Assembly (NCBI GenBank): GCA_037137755.1
Contig: JBAXJR010000005.1
Coordinates: 1-64,000 of the forward strand
DNA from: Methanomicrobiales archaeon
Lineage (GTDB): Archaea; Halobacteriota; Methanomicrobia; Methanomicrobiales; Methanospirillaceae
Reading direction: 5' to 3'
DNA: 64,000 nucleotides
In this document: positions 1-10,342 of the stretch, piece after piece
How the letters are laid out: the number at the start of each line of letters is the position of its first letter
Numbering within the stretch: the stretch's first letter is position 1
Program-made: the position numbers and the translations under genes
The notes under the pieces: generated by a model
What the model was told of the DNA's origin: nothing
Seen by the model: only the letters and a program-made list of their open reading frames with translations
The model's database searches: none

Positions 1-153
1 AATCACTAAAAATAGCGATGGCTTTTTATGCGGAGATCCTAATTGGACAGGCTCAAAATAGCAACAAGAAAATACGAGTATGTAGTACTATGACGAGATT
101 AAAATCCCAAAATAAACCAAGGAAAATTATTGTGAAAGCATAACCTGCGTCGT

Positions 154-3100
154 TTAAATTTTGCAGAAATCAAACGCGTACCTGCCCCGGGGTACATGGA
201 TTTTGAATGTTGCTCCTTTCCCTGCTTCCCCTGTTTCCGAAATGGTGATCCCGGTGATGGAGAGGATCTCCCTGACAAGGAATAGTCCAAGTCCTGTATT
301 CTGCCCGACCCCCCGGTCAAAGATTCTCGATTTATCTTTTCTCGTAATCCCGATCCCGTCATCCTCGAAGATGATCACGAGCCCTGACTCATCCTCGCGT
401 GCGAGTAACTGGATCGTGGTCAGCGGTTCCCCTCCGTAGCGGAGAGCATTGTCGATAAGGTTATAGAACACTTTTTCGAGGAGCGGGTCTGCCAGTACCC
501 GCACGTTTCCTACATCGATGTCGATACTTATCCGCTCGTTATGCACCAGGGCGGAGGCCCGCCTGACGGTTTCTGCAAGGTCCTGCCAGGCAGGTTCACT
601 CACCCCGATATCCTGGTAATCTTTCGTGAAGGTTATCTGGCGTTCTATTGTCGATGTTGCCTCCTGTATCATTTTGATAAAAGGAGCCGCATGGTCCCCG
701 GGTGGTTCAGCGGTGAGAAGGTCAAGGGCTCCCTTCAGGATTGTGAACTGGTTTAAGAGGTCGTGCCGGGTAATACTGTTCAGGAGGTGCAGACGCTTGT
801 TCGCGAGCTCGATCATCTCCCGGTTTTTTCGCATATCAGATGTGTCGAGGATCGTCCCGGCAACATGGGCCGGTTTTCCCATCGCATCGTACCTGATCAC
901 CTTTCCCCGGAACAGAAGCCACTTATAGTTCCCGTCACTGCAGAGGAGCCGGTGTTCCTCGTTAAGGAGCGGGGTGGTGCCTGACAGGAAATTCGTAAGG
1001 CTGCTTAAGGCAGTTTCAAGGTCATCCGGGTGAACAATCCGTTCGAGGCAGGCAACCTCAACGGTTGAGGATCGTTCCTGGTATCCAAGGATATCCAGTA
1101 CTTTCTGGCTGACTTTCAGCTTCGGCCCGGGGGTTACATCGCATTCCCATGTACCTACATCCCCTCCTTCGATAGCAAGCTGGAGACGCTCCTCTTTTTC
1201 TCGGAGTTCTTCTTCGAGCTGCTTGTAGCGGGTGATGTTGAGACCCACCCCTGTTACCTGGGAAGGCTGACCCGTATCGTCCGCGATCACCCTGCCAATT
1301 GCACGCATCCATTCTATGTTTTCGCCAGGAAATACCAGGCGGAATTCGATTGCAAAATCAGGGTCAGACTGCCAGCCGGCTATGGCCCCTGATAGTGTTG
1401 ATTCAATGCGCTCCCGGTCGTCAGGGTGGACAAGATGTAAAAATTCCGCAAAATTTTCAGCAAATGCAGATCCCTGGTCAGGTGCACGCTCTTTCCCCGG
1501 GAGCTCACTGATGTGGTCGTCGATGATATTCCATTCCCAGAGTTCCATTTCGGAGATGGATAAGGCCATTTTCAGCTTTGCATAGGTCTCTTTGAGTTCG
1601 TCCTCTGCCGCTTTACGGTCTGTAATATTCCTGACATACTCGATTACCCCGTTCGATTCCCCGCTCTTCTCATCCATCAGGGGGAAACTATAGAGTTCAA
1701 ACCACCCGTCGATTTTACCGGTGGGACCTGTTTTCGGGATGGTCTCAACCCTTGGCTCCCCGGTGGACATCGTCAGGCTGGATGGACAATTTACACACGG
1801 TTCTTTCCTGAGGTGGTAGGCCTCGTAGCATTTCTTTCCTACCAGCGGCATCTGGTGAGCATACCATTCCTCCATCGCCGGGTTTACCCTGATGATCCGC
1901 AGCTCGTGATCAAGGATACTGATACCATCCATGATACTTGAGAAGATATTGTTGAGAAAACGCTCCCGCTCCTCAAGGGCAAAGGCATATGTTTTTTTAC
2001 TGGTGATATCCCGTCCGAAAATGGCTAGCTTCCTGACCTGGCGATCTGTTTCCCGTATGGGATTAATGGAATTCTCGATGATCCGGTTGCCGGTGGTAAA
2101 CTCAAACGAGGACGGAGTACCCCCGTGTATCGCTTTGCTGACCTCTTCTTTCAGTGCGGCTGCATAGTCCTCCGGGACGATCTGGTATAAATTAGTCTCC
2201 AGGATATCATCCATGTTCATGTGGAACCATTTCGCTGCTACCTCGTTGATCTTCAGGAGAACTCCTGTATCGGTAATCAGGACCGCAGCTTCATGGGTCG
2301 CATCCAGGAGTGCTCCTGTCGTTGTTTCGCTTTCCCGTAATATCTCTTCTATCTGGTGACGTTTCGATGTTTCAATGGCGAGCGAGATATAATCTGCAAC
2401 GGACGTTGCAAACTCCTGTTCCTTTTCGGTCCAGGTGTGTTGCTTCCCGACATGTTCGTGGCATATGATACCGGTTACATGGCCATTCAACCAGATGGGG
2501 ACGTCCATCATGGAGGTGATGCCATGTGGCCTGAGATAGTCCTCAAACAGTTCTTTCGTACAGAAATGTTCTTTCACGTCATCGGCAGTGATCAATCGCT
2601 GTTCCCCAAGTTCGTGGAAGTAAACCGGGTACCCGTGGGCATCGAGATGTCCGCCTTCCTCGTGCAAATTCGTGCTTTTTATATAGAGATCATGGCAGGT
2701 GATGCCGTTCCGGTCTTCATCACACATCCAGAGACTGACACGTTCAACGTCAAGTACCGCTGCATCTGTCTCAAGAAATTGCCGCACAGCGGGAATATAC
2801 AGGGTGAGATCGGTCCTTGCAAGGTCAAGGAGCGCCTGGTGATACCTCAGGTTCCAGTTCAACTGGGATTTGGCCAGTTCCTCGCTGTTCTTTTTTTCGG
2901 TGATATCCCGTGCAATCAGGAGGACTGCAGAACGACCCTGGAAACTGGTAATCCGTCCCCGCCCCTCTATCCATCGTTCTTCACCTGAAATGGTCTTCAT
3001 ACCGTACTCCCCGAGGAGGGGGTGCCCGTCCCTGACCTTTGCCAGCTGGTACCGGACCGTTGTAAGGCCTTCACCCGTCATAAATTCAAAGAGGTTCCTG

Positions 3101-4437
3101 CCGGTGCCCGATTGCCCCGGTGGCAGACCCGCCAGTTCTGCGGCATTCTGGTTCGCGAAAAGGACTGTCCCATCCCAGTCGAGAATTAATATGCCGTCTG
3201 GCATATTTTCTACCAGCGATTTGAAAAGCATCCAGCTTTCCCGTACTTCTTCTTCTGCCGCCCTGATCTCGCTGAGGTCGATGATGATCCCCCGGAGGCC
3301 GGAAATCACCCCGTTCTGGATAATCGGTGATGTAAATATCTGGATTGGGAATGTTGTCCCATCCTTGCGGGTCGCTGTATAGACGTCCCCCTGGTCCCCT
3401 GTGCCGTCGACAAGAGCCGCCATGCCCTTCGTGGCACGTTCATGCTCTTCGGGAATGAGCATTGTCAGAATATTGGCCCAGTCACCGAGTTCTCCACGGG
3501 GATACCCGAACATATCAAAGGTCCGCTGGTTTGCATACAGGATCTTCCCGGCGGTATCGATCTCAAACACGCTCTGGGGAAGCAACTCGGTAAGTTCCTG
3601 GAACCGGTCTTTTCCTTCAAGAATCGTCATTTCATACTGTTTAAGATCGGTGATATCCCGGATGCTCTCGATTGCACCGATCACATTCCCTTCATGGTCA
3701 TAGAATGGCGTGGCTTTCGCCCATATTATGGTGGGCTTCTTTTTTAATTCTGAAATTTCAGCTTCTGCAATCACACCGTGCCCGTCCCGTGTGATGTTGT
3801 GGTAATACCGGTTCCGGATCTGTTCGTCTTCTTCATAGAGCAGGTCTATCAGTATTTTCCGCCTTATCCCATAGAACGGGACAGAATACTCGAAATCCCC
3901 CTTTCCGAGCATATCCGATGCAGGGACCCCCGTCATATCCTCGATCGCCCGGTTCCAGGCGATAACCTTTCCGTCATGATCGATTGCAAAGGTCGCATCG
4001 GGAAGGAAGTTTATGATATCGTATAACTGGCGTTCTGAACGGACGTGGGCTTGTTCAGCTTCTTTCCGCTTGCAGGCTTGGTGGACCATGTTACGCAGTT
4101 CGGCGAACTGCGATTTCGGGTCCCCGCCTTTCTGGAGGTAAAAATCAGCCCCGTAGTTAAGCGCCTCGATGGCCACCTGCTCCCGCCCGCGTCCGGTGAA
4201 GATGATAAAGGGGGTCTTGTCCCCGTCTGACCTGATCTTTTTGAGGAACTCGACACCGTCCATGGCCGGCATCTCGTAATCAGAGATGATTACATCGAAC
4301 CGTTCCTGCCCTAATAACCGTAAGGCATCGAATGCAGAAGGGCAGGTTGTTGCCTTGAGCCCCTCATCTCGTTCGATAAAAATGCGGGCAATATCAAGAA
4401 GGGCCGGCTCATCGTCAACAAGAAGTATCCGGATCAT
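154..4437 (-). CDS. Hybrid sensor histidine kinase (REC, multiple PAS, GAF, HisKA, HATPase)
   Basis: N-terminal receiver (LLVDDE, ISDYEMP, LQKG); repeated PAS/PAC units; GAF (SMMDVPI); H-box ITRHDLLNQ, N-box YNLIDNA, G-boxes EDDGIG and NTGLGL. Confidence 0.95.
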   Translation of the reverse strand: MIRILLVDDEPALLDIARIFIERDEGLKATTCPSAFDALRLLGQERFDVIISDYEMPAMDGVEFLKKIRSDGDKTPFIIFTGRGREQVAIEALNYGADFYLQKGGDPKSQFAELRNMVHQACKRKEAEQAHVRSERQLYDIINFLPDATFAIDHDGKVIAWNRAIEDMTGVPASDMLGKGDFEYSVPFYGIRRKILIDLLYEEDEQIRNRYYHNITRDGHGVIAEAEISELKKKPTIIWAKATPFYDHEGNVIGAIESIRDITDLKQYEMTILEGKDRFQELTELLPQSVFEIDTAGKILYANQRTFDMFGYPRGELGDWANILTMLIPEEHERATKGMAALVDGTGDQGDVYTATRKDGTTFPIQIFTSPIIQNGVISGLRGIIIDLSEIRAAEEEVRESWMLFKSLVENMPDGILILDWDGTVLFANQNAAELAGLPPGQSGTGRNLFEFMTGEGLTTVRYQLAKVRDGHPLLGEYGMKTISGEERWIEGRGRITSFQGRSAVLLIARDITEKKNSEELAKSQLNWNLRYHQALLDLARTDLTLYIPAVRQFLETDAAVLDVERVSLWMCDEDRNGITCHDLYIKSTNLHEEGGHLDAHGYPVYFHELGEQRLITADDVKEHFCTKELFEDYLRPHGITSMMDVPIWLNGHVTGIICHEHVGKQHTWTEKEQEFATSVADYISLAIETSKRHQIEEILRESETTTGALLDATHEAAVLITDTGVLLKINEVAAKWFHMNMDDILETNLYQIVPEDYAAALKEEVSKAIHGGTPSSFEFTTGNRIIENSINPIRETDRQVRKLAIFGRDITSKKTYAFALEERERFLNNIFSSIMDGISILDHELRIIRVNPAMEEWYAHQMPLVGKKCYEAYHLRKEPCVNCPSSLTMSTGEPRVETIPKTGPTGKIDGWFELYSFPLMDEKSGESNGVIEYVRNITDRKAAEDELKETYAKLKMALSISEMELWEWNIIDDHISELPGKERAPDQGSAFAENFAEFLHLVHPDDRERIESTLSGAIAGWQSDPDFAIEFRLVFPGENIEWMRAIGRVIADDTGQPSQVTGVGLNITRYKQLEEELREKEERLQLAIEGGDVGTWECDVTPGPKLKVSQKVLDILGYQERSSTVEVACLERIVHPDDLETALSSLTNFLSGTTPLLNEEHRLLCSDGNYKWLLFRGKVIRYDAMGKPAHVAGTILDTSDMRKNREMIELANKRLHLLNSITRHDLLNQFTILKGALDLLTAEPPGDHAAPFIKMIQEATSTIERQITFTKDYQDIGVSEPAWQDLAETVRRASALVHNERISIDIDVGNVRVLADPLLEKVFYNLIDNALRYGGEPLTTIQLLAREDESGLVIIFEDDGIGITRKDKSRIFDRGVGQNTGLGLFLVREILSITGITISETGEAGKGATFKIHVPRGRYAFDFCKI

Positions 4438-4669
4438 TTGAAACTCGCATGACTCACTGTATCGCCCACAATACCTAGTAGTTACTTATTGGAAAATTTA
4501 AATAAAGGTAACTGTTAAAAAACGGTCGATGCAGATCAAAAACAGAAAATTCTGCACTTTTTTCGAACACGGGTCTTCGGTGTGTAGATGTCCGACTGGA
4601 TAGTTATATCCCTTTCTGGCCGGAACATGGCAGGTCCGGGGGTGCCAGGTCGACCCTCCTAATCTCCCG

Positions 4670-5377
4670 TCAGGGGATTGTTCTTACTATCCTTTCCTTG
4701 TCGAGGAACCGCGTCATGGCATTGACTGCCAGGAGCAGGGCGACCGTGACGGCGAGGGTGACTCCTTCTCCTGCCCATGAAATGGTAAACCCAGGTCCGA
4801 GGAGTTCACTGGAGAAGCTGATCAGGAAGATAAGGCCAAAGATCACTGCGATGTTGATGATCTGGTTCTCCCTCATTCCGAGCAGCAGCTGGATAAACCC
4901 GAGCACCCCGACCCCGCAGGCGATAAATGCGGGCACCACGGTAACAAGATGCAGGATTATCGGCCCTGAAGGGATGAGGGTCTCTCCCTTCAGGAAACCT
5001 GCAATGATGATCATCAGTGCCGTGGAGACAAGTGTCAGCACGTAGGCCGGGATGAGCACACCGATGACTTTTCCAAGCCAGATCTCCTTTACGGGAAGCG
5101 GTCCGGCAAGGAGGGTCTCGATTGTCCCGTCCTGTTTTTCACGAAGAAATGTCTGCCCGGATAGAATATACCCGATAAGAAGCCCGATCATCAACCCAAA
5201 TGTGAACAGCAGTGTATCAATCCCGATACCCGTGCCCGTTCCCCCGGTGGCCATCAGCGCCGGGCCTGATATTGCACCGAAAATAAGGGCCATGGCAAGT
5301 GCAGAGACCATCAGTTGCGTGTTATGCGTCAGCTGCCGGATTTCCTTTTTCGCAATAACGAAGACCCCGTTCATCAT
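4670..5377 (-). CDS. ABC-2 type exporter permease
   Basis: About 6 hydrophobic segments; REKQDGTIETLLAGP..GK motif; ATGA overlap with the ATPase gene. Confidence 0.9.
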   Translation of the reverse strand: MMNGVFVIAKKEIRQLTHNTQLMVSALAMALIFGAISGPALMATGGTGTGIGIDTLLFTFGLMIGLLIGYILSGQTFLREKQDGTIETLLAGPLPVKEIWLGKVIGVLIPAYVLTLVSTALMIIIAGFLKGETLIPSGPIILHLVTVVPAFIACGVGVLGFIQLLLGMRENQIINIAVIFGLIFLISFSSELLGPGFTISWAGEGVTLAVTVALLLAVNAMTRFLDKERIVRTIP

Positions 5378-6354
5378 GATGCACGTCCTTTCCCCGGGCC
5401 CGCAACCGGTACCGGGTTTTCCTGCATCCCTCCGGCCTCGCGGACAACATCAAGATAGATCTCCTCAAGTGTCCGCTTTCGCCGCATTGCCTCCTCCACA
5501 CCGAAGCCTTCTTTGATCAGCACTGCAAGCACCGGAGCCCCGCTTTGCCCGGAAAGTGTAACCTTAACACGACCGTGTTCATGCGAAGTCATGGTAACGC
5601 CAGGCAGCGTGTTAATGATGGCAACGGCCTGGTCCCCGAGGGTTGGGTCAGAGAGGGTGATTTCAAGCCCTGTACCTGATGGCTCTGCACTGAGCCGTTC
5701 GATTGAGTCATACGCCCTGATAGTCCCGTGGTGGAGGATTGCGACCTTCGAACAGACCCTGCTCACCTCGTCGAGGTTATGGGAATTTAAAAATATCGTC
5801 ATCTCTTCCCCGGAAAGACCAACGATCAGGTCATGGACCATTTTCTGACCTTCGGGGTCGAGCCCGGATGATGGCTCGTCAAGAAAGAGGATTTCTGGCT
5901 TGTGGAGGATCGCCCGGGCCAGGCCGAGCTTCCGTTTCATCCCGGTTGAGAATATGCCGACGAGGTCGTCCCCCCTGTCTGAAAGGCCTACATATTCCAG
6001 TAATTCCCCGGTTCGTTTATCCGGGTCCGGGACCTCGTAGAGCTCACCATAGTACATGAGATTTTCACGGGCTGTAAACCGGTCAATGAGGCCGTTATTT
6101 TCAAACAGTACCCCGACACGTTTTCGTACCGCATCAGCGGTGTCGAGGGATTCCCCGAGGACAAGGGCCTCCCCTGAGTCCGGCCTGAGCAGGCCGAGCA
6201 GTATCCGCAGGGTGGTTGTTTTTCCTGCACCATTCGGGCCGAGAAATCCAAAAACCTCCCCCCTTTCAACTGAAAAACTTATACCGTCAAGTACCCGTGA
6301 ACCCTGGAAATTCTTGGTTACCGAACGGACTTCAATACTATTATTATTACTCAT
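5374..6354 (-). CDS. ABC exporter ATP-binding protein
   Basis: Walker A GPNGAGKTT, signature FSTGM, Walker B LFLDEP, H-loop NSH. Confidence 0.95.
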   Translation of the reverse strand: MSNNNSIEVRSVTKNFQGSRVLDGISFSVERGEVFGFLGPNGAGKTTTLRILLGLLRPDSGEALVLGESLDTADAVRKRVGVLFENNGLIDRFTARENLMYYGELYEVPDPDKRTGELLEYVGLSDRGDDLVGIFSTGMKRKLGLARAILHKPEILFLDEPSSGLDPEGQKMVHDLIVGLSGEEMTIFLNSHNLDEVSRVCSKVAILHHGTIRAYDSIERLSAEPSGTGLEITLSDPTLGDQAVAIINTLPGVTMTSHEHGRVKVTLSGQSGAPVLAVLIKEGFGVEEAMRRKRTLEEIYLDVVREAGGMQENPVPVAGPGKGRAS

Positions 6355-6541
6355 CAGGCACCGGTCCTACTGGATTAGTCCCGGTAATAACCCCGGGAAC
6401 TATGAAAGGGGACTTCCTGCTCTGTCTATGTGCTGTCCATTTATTTAATACAAATATTTTTTCGCCCGCTTAAGAGTATTGTCCAGATACCAACCCCCAT
6501 ATAGGATGAGCGGGAAGGATTTCATCGAGGTAATGTGGGAG

Positions 6542-7039
6542 ATGACTGATGCTGCTACAGGGAAAGGGCTTAGGAAAGCGACGTTTGCCGCCGGGTGTTT
6601 CTGGGGTGTGGAAGCCGTATTCCGAAAAATGAAAGGGGTTATATCGACAAGGGTCGGCTACACCGGGGGACAACTGGAAAACCCGACATACCGTGATGTC
6701 TGTACGGGTACGACAGGACATGCCGAGGCCGTGGAGATCAGGTACGATCCGGCGATCGTGTCATTTGGGCAACTGCTTGCCGAGTTCTTCCGGATCCATG
6801 ACCCGACTACCCCTGACCGGCAGGGTCCGGATTATGGGAGTCAGTACCGTTCTGCGATTTTTTACCACGATGATTCACAACGGGAAGCTGCGGAGTCGTC
6901 AATTATTCAGGTGGAGAAGAGTGGCCGCTACCGGCAACCGGTTGTGACCCAGGTAATTCCGGCCCGGGAATTTTTCGAGGCCGAGGAGTATCACCAGCAG
7001 TACTTCGAGAAGAACAAGGGTGCACGGTGTCATATTTAA
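6542..7039 (+). CDS. msrA: Peptide-methionine (S)-S-oxide reductase
   Basis: GCFWG, TGHAE, QYRSAIF and AEEYHQQY motifs; start codon uncertain (6533 or 6542). Confidence 0.95.
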   Translation: MTDAATGKGLRKATFAAGCFWGVEAVFRKMKGVISTRVGYTGGQLENPTYRDVCTGTTGHAEAVEIRYDPAIVSFGQLLAEFFRIHDPTTPDRQGPDYGSQYRSAIFYHDDSQREAAESSIIQVEKSGRYRQPVVTQVIPAREFFEAEEYHQQYFEKNKGARCHI

Positions 7040-7215
7040 TAAGATGAGGTTCTGTTGATCTCCTCACAAAGTTATCTTCTGTAACAGGGTATTTCCAGGT
7101 TAATCCATGTTCCCTGGGCCCATGTCCAAAAGGTCCGGCGTATTTTCGGTAACGATAGAGACTGCTCGCAAATCCCTGAAACCTCATGTGGACCTACCTC
7201 CAAAATATCTTTCCC
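7040..7215 (-). pseudogene. Strongly decayed response-regulator receiver fragment
   Basis: Pieces in three frames read KDILE..HEVSGI / ASS / ENTPDLLDM.PGNMD / NLEIPC / RSTEPHLIK, in the order expected for a REC domain like that of the neighbouring gene. Confidence 0.4.
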
Positions 7216-7472
7216 GGATGAGGCAGGGGGATATTCATTCACCTGTTGTGCCAAATGGCGGCTGATTTGTGGCCGTTTTAAAAATCCACCAACCAGTAAC
7301 CATCATCACAATGATCCCTACCTGAATTATTACAATCTCCGTGTTGTAAAAAACAACGTTTTTTTACGCAGTCTTGTTTTTTCACCCGGGAATTAAAACG
7401 TATCATTCTTTATTTTTTCCCTGGCGAAGTAACAATCAGTAAATAAAATATCGGGTTTACTTCCCTGTCTTA

Positions 7473-8825
7473 TCACCTTTTATCACTACTACTATTCCCG
7501 TCTATTTCACTTCCGGCACCCATGACATGCTGGAAAACAAGTTTGTAGTCATTAAGTTTCTGGCGGATGTGGGTTTTTCCAGTTTCCGTAGGGCAATATA
7601 ATTTGGATTTTCCTGACATCCTGATCTCGAGGTACCCGTTGTCCATCAGATCGTGGAGGAGCGTATAAACCCGTGCCTGCGGAATAAGCACCTTGTACCT
7701 GCTATGGATCTCATGGACGATATCATACCCGGAAATTGGTTTAGACAGAAAAGAAAGTACCACCGGTTCCAGCGACTTTTTTACAACATCATCGATGGTT
7801 GACTGGGGTACAACGGAGACCGATTCGGTAGGGAATGTATGCTGGGCAAACGAAAGCGTCGTTTCTTTCCCGGTTGAAACAATGATCTTGGGAATACCCG
7901 TTGCCAAGGATTTTATCAGGCTATGATCAATTTTTCCGATATTCAGGGCAAAGATCCCGGATATGGGAAAACCCTTCTCCTTTTTTGAAAGAAGTAATTT
8001 TTTGATGGCCAGGATATCATCAAACTCTTCAGTTTCAGAAAAATCGAGAAGTATTTGCAGGGACGTCATCTGGTCTCCGTACAACAGGGATTCCGTGCAC
8101 TTTTCAAGGACCTGCAACAGGGAAAATACTTCGTTTCTTTTTAACCGGTGAGTGAAAAGTTCCTTTTTCCGGATCTCATTTGGAAAGTACTTCTGGAGTG
8201 TCGAATGGAAATAGGCAAAAAGGTTTCGTCCTCCCTTTTTCAAACCCTCTTCCAGTGCAAATTTAAATATCGGTTCTTTCGTGACCTGGTCAGTGTACAG
8301 GAAGAGAACAATATCGGTGAAAATATCTTTTAACAGGACTGTTTTGATTTCCGGCAGATCGAGATAGGCCAGGCCATCAGGGACCGGTTGTCCTCCTCCA
8401 ATCCCATGGAAATCTTTTTCCCATGCTTTTTTTCGCAGCTCCTGTTCTTCCAGCTCTGTTGCCCGCCGGAACAATGCCACTTCAATGGCGGCTTTTATTT
8501 CCAGTTCATTGAAGGGTTTTACAATATAACCGTAAGGCCTGACATGTTTTGCCTTTTCAATGATCGTATCATCCGCGTATGACGTGACAAAAACAACCGG
8601 TATATTCAGTTCCCCGGTAATGATTGTTGCTGCTTCGATGCCATTCATCTTTCCCGGCATCACGATATCCATCAGCACAAGGTCAGGCTGGAGACGCCGG
8701 GCCATGTCAATAGCGTCTTCGCCGGAAGCTGCCATGCCCACAACGGTATATTCCATTATAGTTAACCGTTTTTCCAGCTGCATGGAAATGATCGCTTCAT
8801 CATCAACAACGAGTATTTTCGACAT
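7473..8825 (-). CDS. Response regulator: REC + MEDS/RecA-like central domain + C-terminal PadR-type winged helix
   Basis: REC (VVDDE, LMDIVMP, IVKP); central LFLY..ALEEGLKKG..LFAY segment; PadR-like KPISGYDI..VYTLLHDL..GYL..KLY..TETG. Confidence 0.85.
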   Translation of the reverse strand: MSKILVVDDEAIISMQLEKRLTIMEYTVVGMAASGEDAIDMARRLQPDLVLMDIVMPGKMNGIEAATIITGELNIPVVFVTSYADDTIIEKAKHVRPYGYIVKPFNELEIKAAIEVALFRRATELEEQELRKKAWEKDFHGIGGGQPVPDGLAYLDLPEIKTVLLKDIFTDIVLFLYTDQVTKEPIFKFALEEGLKKGGRNLFAYFHSTLQKYFPNEIRKKELFTHRLKRNEVFSLLQVLEKCTESLLYGDQMTSLQILLDFSETEEFDDILAIKKLLLSKKEKGFPISGIFALNIGKIDHSLIKSLATGIPKIIVSTGKETTLSFAQHTFPTESVSVVPQSTIDDVVKKSLEPVVLSFLSKPISGYDIVHEIHSRYKVLIPQARVYTLLHDLMDNGYLEIRMSGKSKLYCPTETGKTHIRQKLNDYKLVFQHVMGAGSEIDGNSSSDKR

Positions 8826-8829
8826 AAGG

Positions 8830-9879
8830 TTATGGCTCCGTTAGCATCACTGGGAAATCTATAGAGACTTCCGTACCATTCCGGCTCTTAAATAATACTG
8901 AGCCCTTCAACTGGTGCTGCACAATGGTCCTGATCAGCGTGACGCCGAGACTGTTTGAACGGCCGATATCAAAATTTTCCGGTAATCCGATTCCGTTATC
9001 ACGGATGGTTATGTTGATCCGGTCGTTCTCCCGCATTACGGTGATATCAATGGTACCGTTATTCCGCCCTTTGAACGCATGTTTATACGCGTTCGAGAGG
9101 ATTTCATTAATCACCAGTGCGCAGGGCAGGGCCTGGTCTACCGGCAGAAATACTTCCCCCGGGTTAATGGTGCAGCTGATTTCATCCCCTGAATGAGAGA
9201 AAACATTTGATAATGCGGTTACCTGGTCCCTGCACTGGTCTGTTATGTCGATTTTCCCCATCTGTTTACTTTCATAAAGCCGGGTATGGATTTGTGCCAT
9301 GGTCTGTATTTTAAGCATGATATCGGTCAGAATACTGTTTGTCGATTCATCCGGAGAACCCATCCGGGTCATATCCAGCAGGCCGGATATCAGCTGGAGA
9401 TTGTTCTTGACACGGTGGTGGATCTCGCGAAGCAACGTCTCTTTCTCGGAGACCAGTGCCGCAAGAGAGTCGCGATTTTCTATCAGTTCTTTTTCGATCC
9501 TGCCCCGTTCGATAGCATAGCGCAGGGAGCGGGCAATTGACGGCCCGTTCATCTGACCTTTGACAAGATAGTCCTGTGCACCCTCTTTGAGTGCCGTCAG
9601 ACCGGTTTCTTCATTGTCGAGCATGGTCAGAACCACGATCGGTACTGACCCTGCCTGATCCCGCGCCCGGCGTAGCGTGTCGAGTCCCTGGCTGTCGGGA
9701 AGCCCAAGGTCCAGGAGAATAATATCGAATTCCCTCTTCTCAAAGCACGGTTTTGCAGCCGATAACCGGTCTCTCCAGACAATATCAAAAGACGATCCTT
9801 TTTGATCGGACAACATTTCACGTATCAACTCCACATCGGCGGGATTGTCCTCGATCAAAAGAATCGTCACGAGCTGCAC
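8830..9879 (-). CDS. REC-HisKA_2 histidine kinase
   Basis: Receiver LLDLGLPD; H-box EIHHRVKNNLQ; NEILSNAYKHAF; DNGIG; SLG. Confidence 0.92.
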   Translation of the reverse strand: MQLVTILLIEDNPADVELIREMLSDQKGSSFDIVWRDRLSAAKPCFEKREFDIILLDLGLPDSQGLDTLRRARDQAGSVPIVVLTMLDNEETGLTALKEGAQDYLVKGQMNGPSIARSLRYAIERGRIEKELIENRDSLAALVSEKETLLREIHHRVKNNLQLISGLLDMTRMGSPDESTNSILTDIMLKIQTMAQIHTRLYESKQMGKIDITDQCRDQVTALSNVFSHSGDEISCTINPGEVFLPVDQALPCALVINEILSNAYKHAFKGRNNGTIDITVMRENDRINITIRDNGIGLPENFDIGRSNSLGVTLIRTIVQHQLKGSVLFKSRNGTEVSIDFPVMLTEP

Positions 9880-9880
9880 C

Positions 9881-10342
9881 TTACTTTTTCGACGGGAGTG
9901 TTACAACCGAGAACCAGAAGTTCTCAAGCGACCTCACAACCTCAACGAATTCCGTAAATTTTACGGGCTTTTTTATATAGCAGTTCGCATGGAGCCGGTA
10001 TGATTCAAGGATATCCTTGTCGTCCTTTGAGACCGTCATGATGACGACAGGGATATATTTCAGCTCACTATCCGCCTTGATCTCTGCAAGGACTTCACGC
10101 CCATCTTTTTTTGGCATATTAAGGTCGAGCAGGATGATATCCGGTGTCGGGGCCGAGGCGTACCGCCCTTTCTTGCGGAGATAATCCATCGCTTCCACGC
10201 CATCATGCACTACATTCAGGACGTTGCAGAGTTTATTATCCTGAAATGCCTCCTGGGTAAGAGCGACATCTGCAGGATTGTCATCGACCAGCAGGATTTC
10301 GACCGGTCGTAACCACTGTAATATCTTTTCATTTTCATTCAT
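9881..10342 (-). CDS. Stand-alone receiver protein (Rcp1-like)
   Basis: ILLVDDNPADV, PDIILLDLNMPKKDG, ANCYIKKP, FWFSVVTLP; start taken as the ATG after an AAGGAGG-like SD. Confidence 0.92.
   Translation of the reverse strand: MNENEKILQWLRPVEILLVDDNPADVALTQEAFQDNKLCNVLNVVHDGVEAMDYLRKKGRYASAPTPDIILLDLNMPKKDGREVLAEIKADSELKYIPVVIMTVSKDDKDILESYRLHANCYIKKPVKFTEFVEVVRSLENFWFSVVTLPSKK

Noticed and set aside
2356-4256. Long antisense and alternate-frame ORFs over the kinases (also at 36.7-38.3, 51-54 and 57-63 kb)
   Set aside because: Shadows of GC3-rich coding sequence with no motifs or SD support
6903-7187. Minus-strand 94-aa ORF with a perfect GGAGGT upstream
   Set aside because: Overlaps msrA antisense by 137 bp, has no recognisable fold, and is better explained as part of a decayed REC fragment
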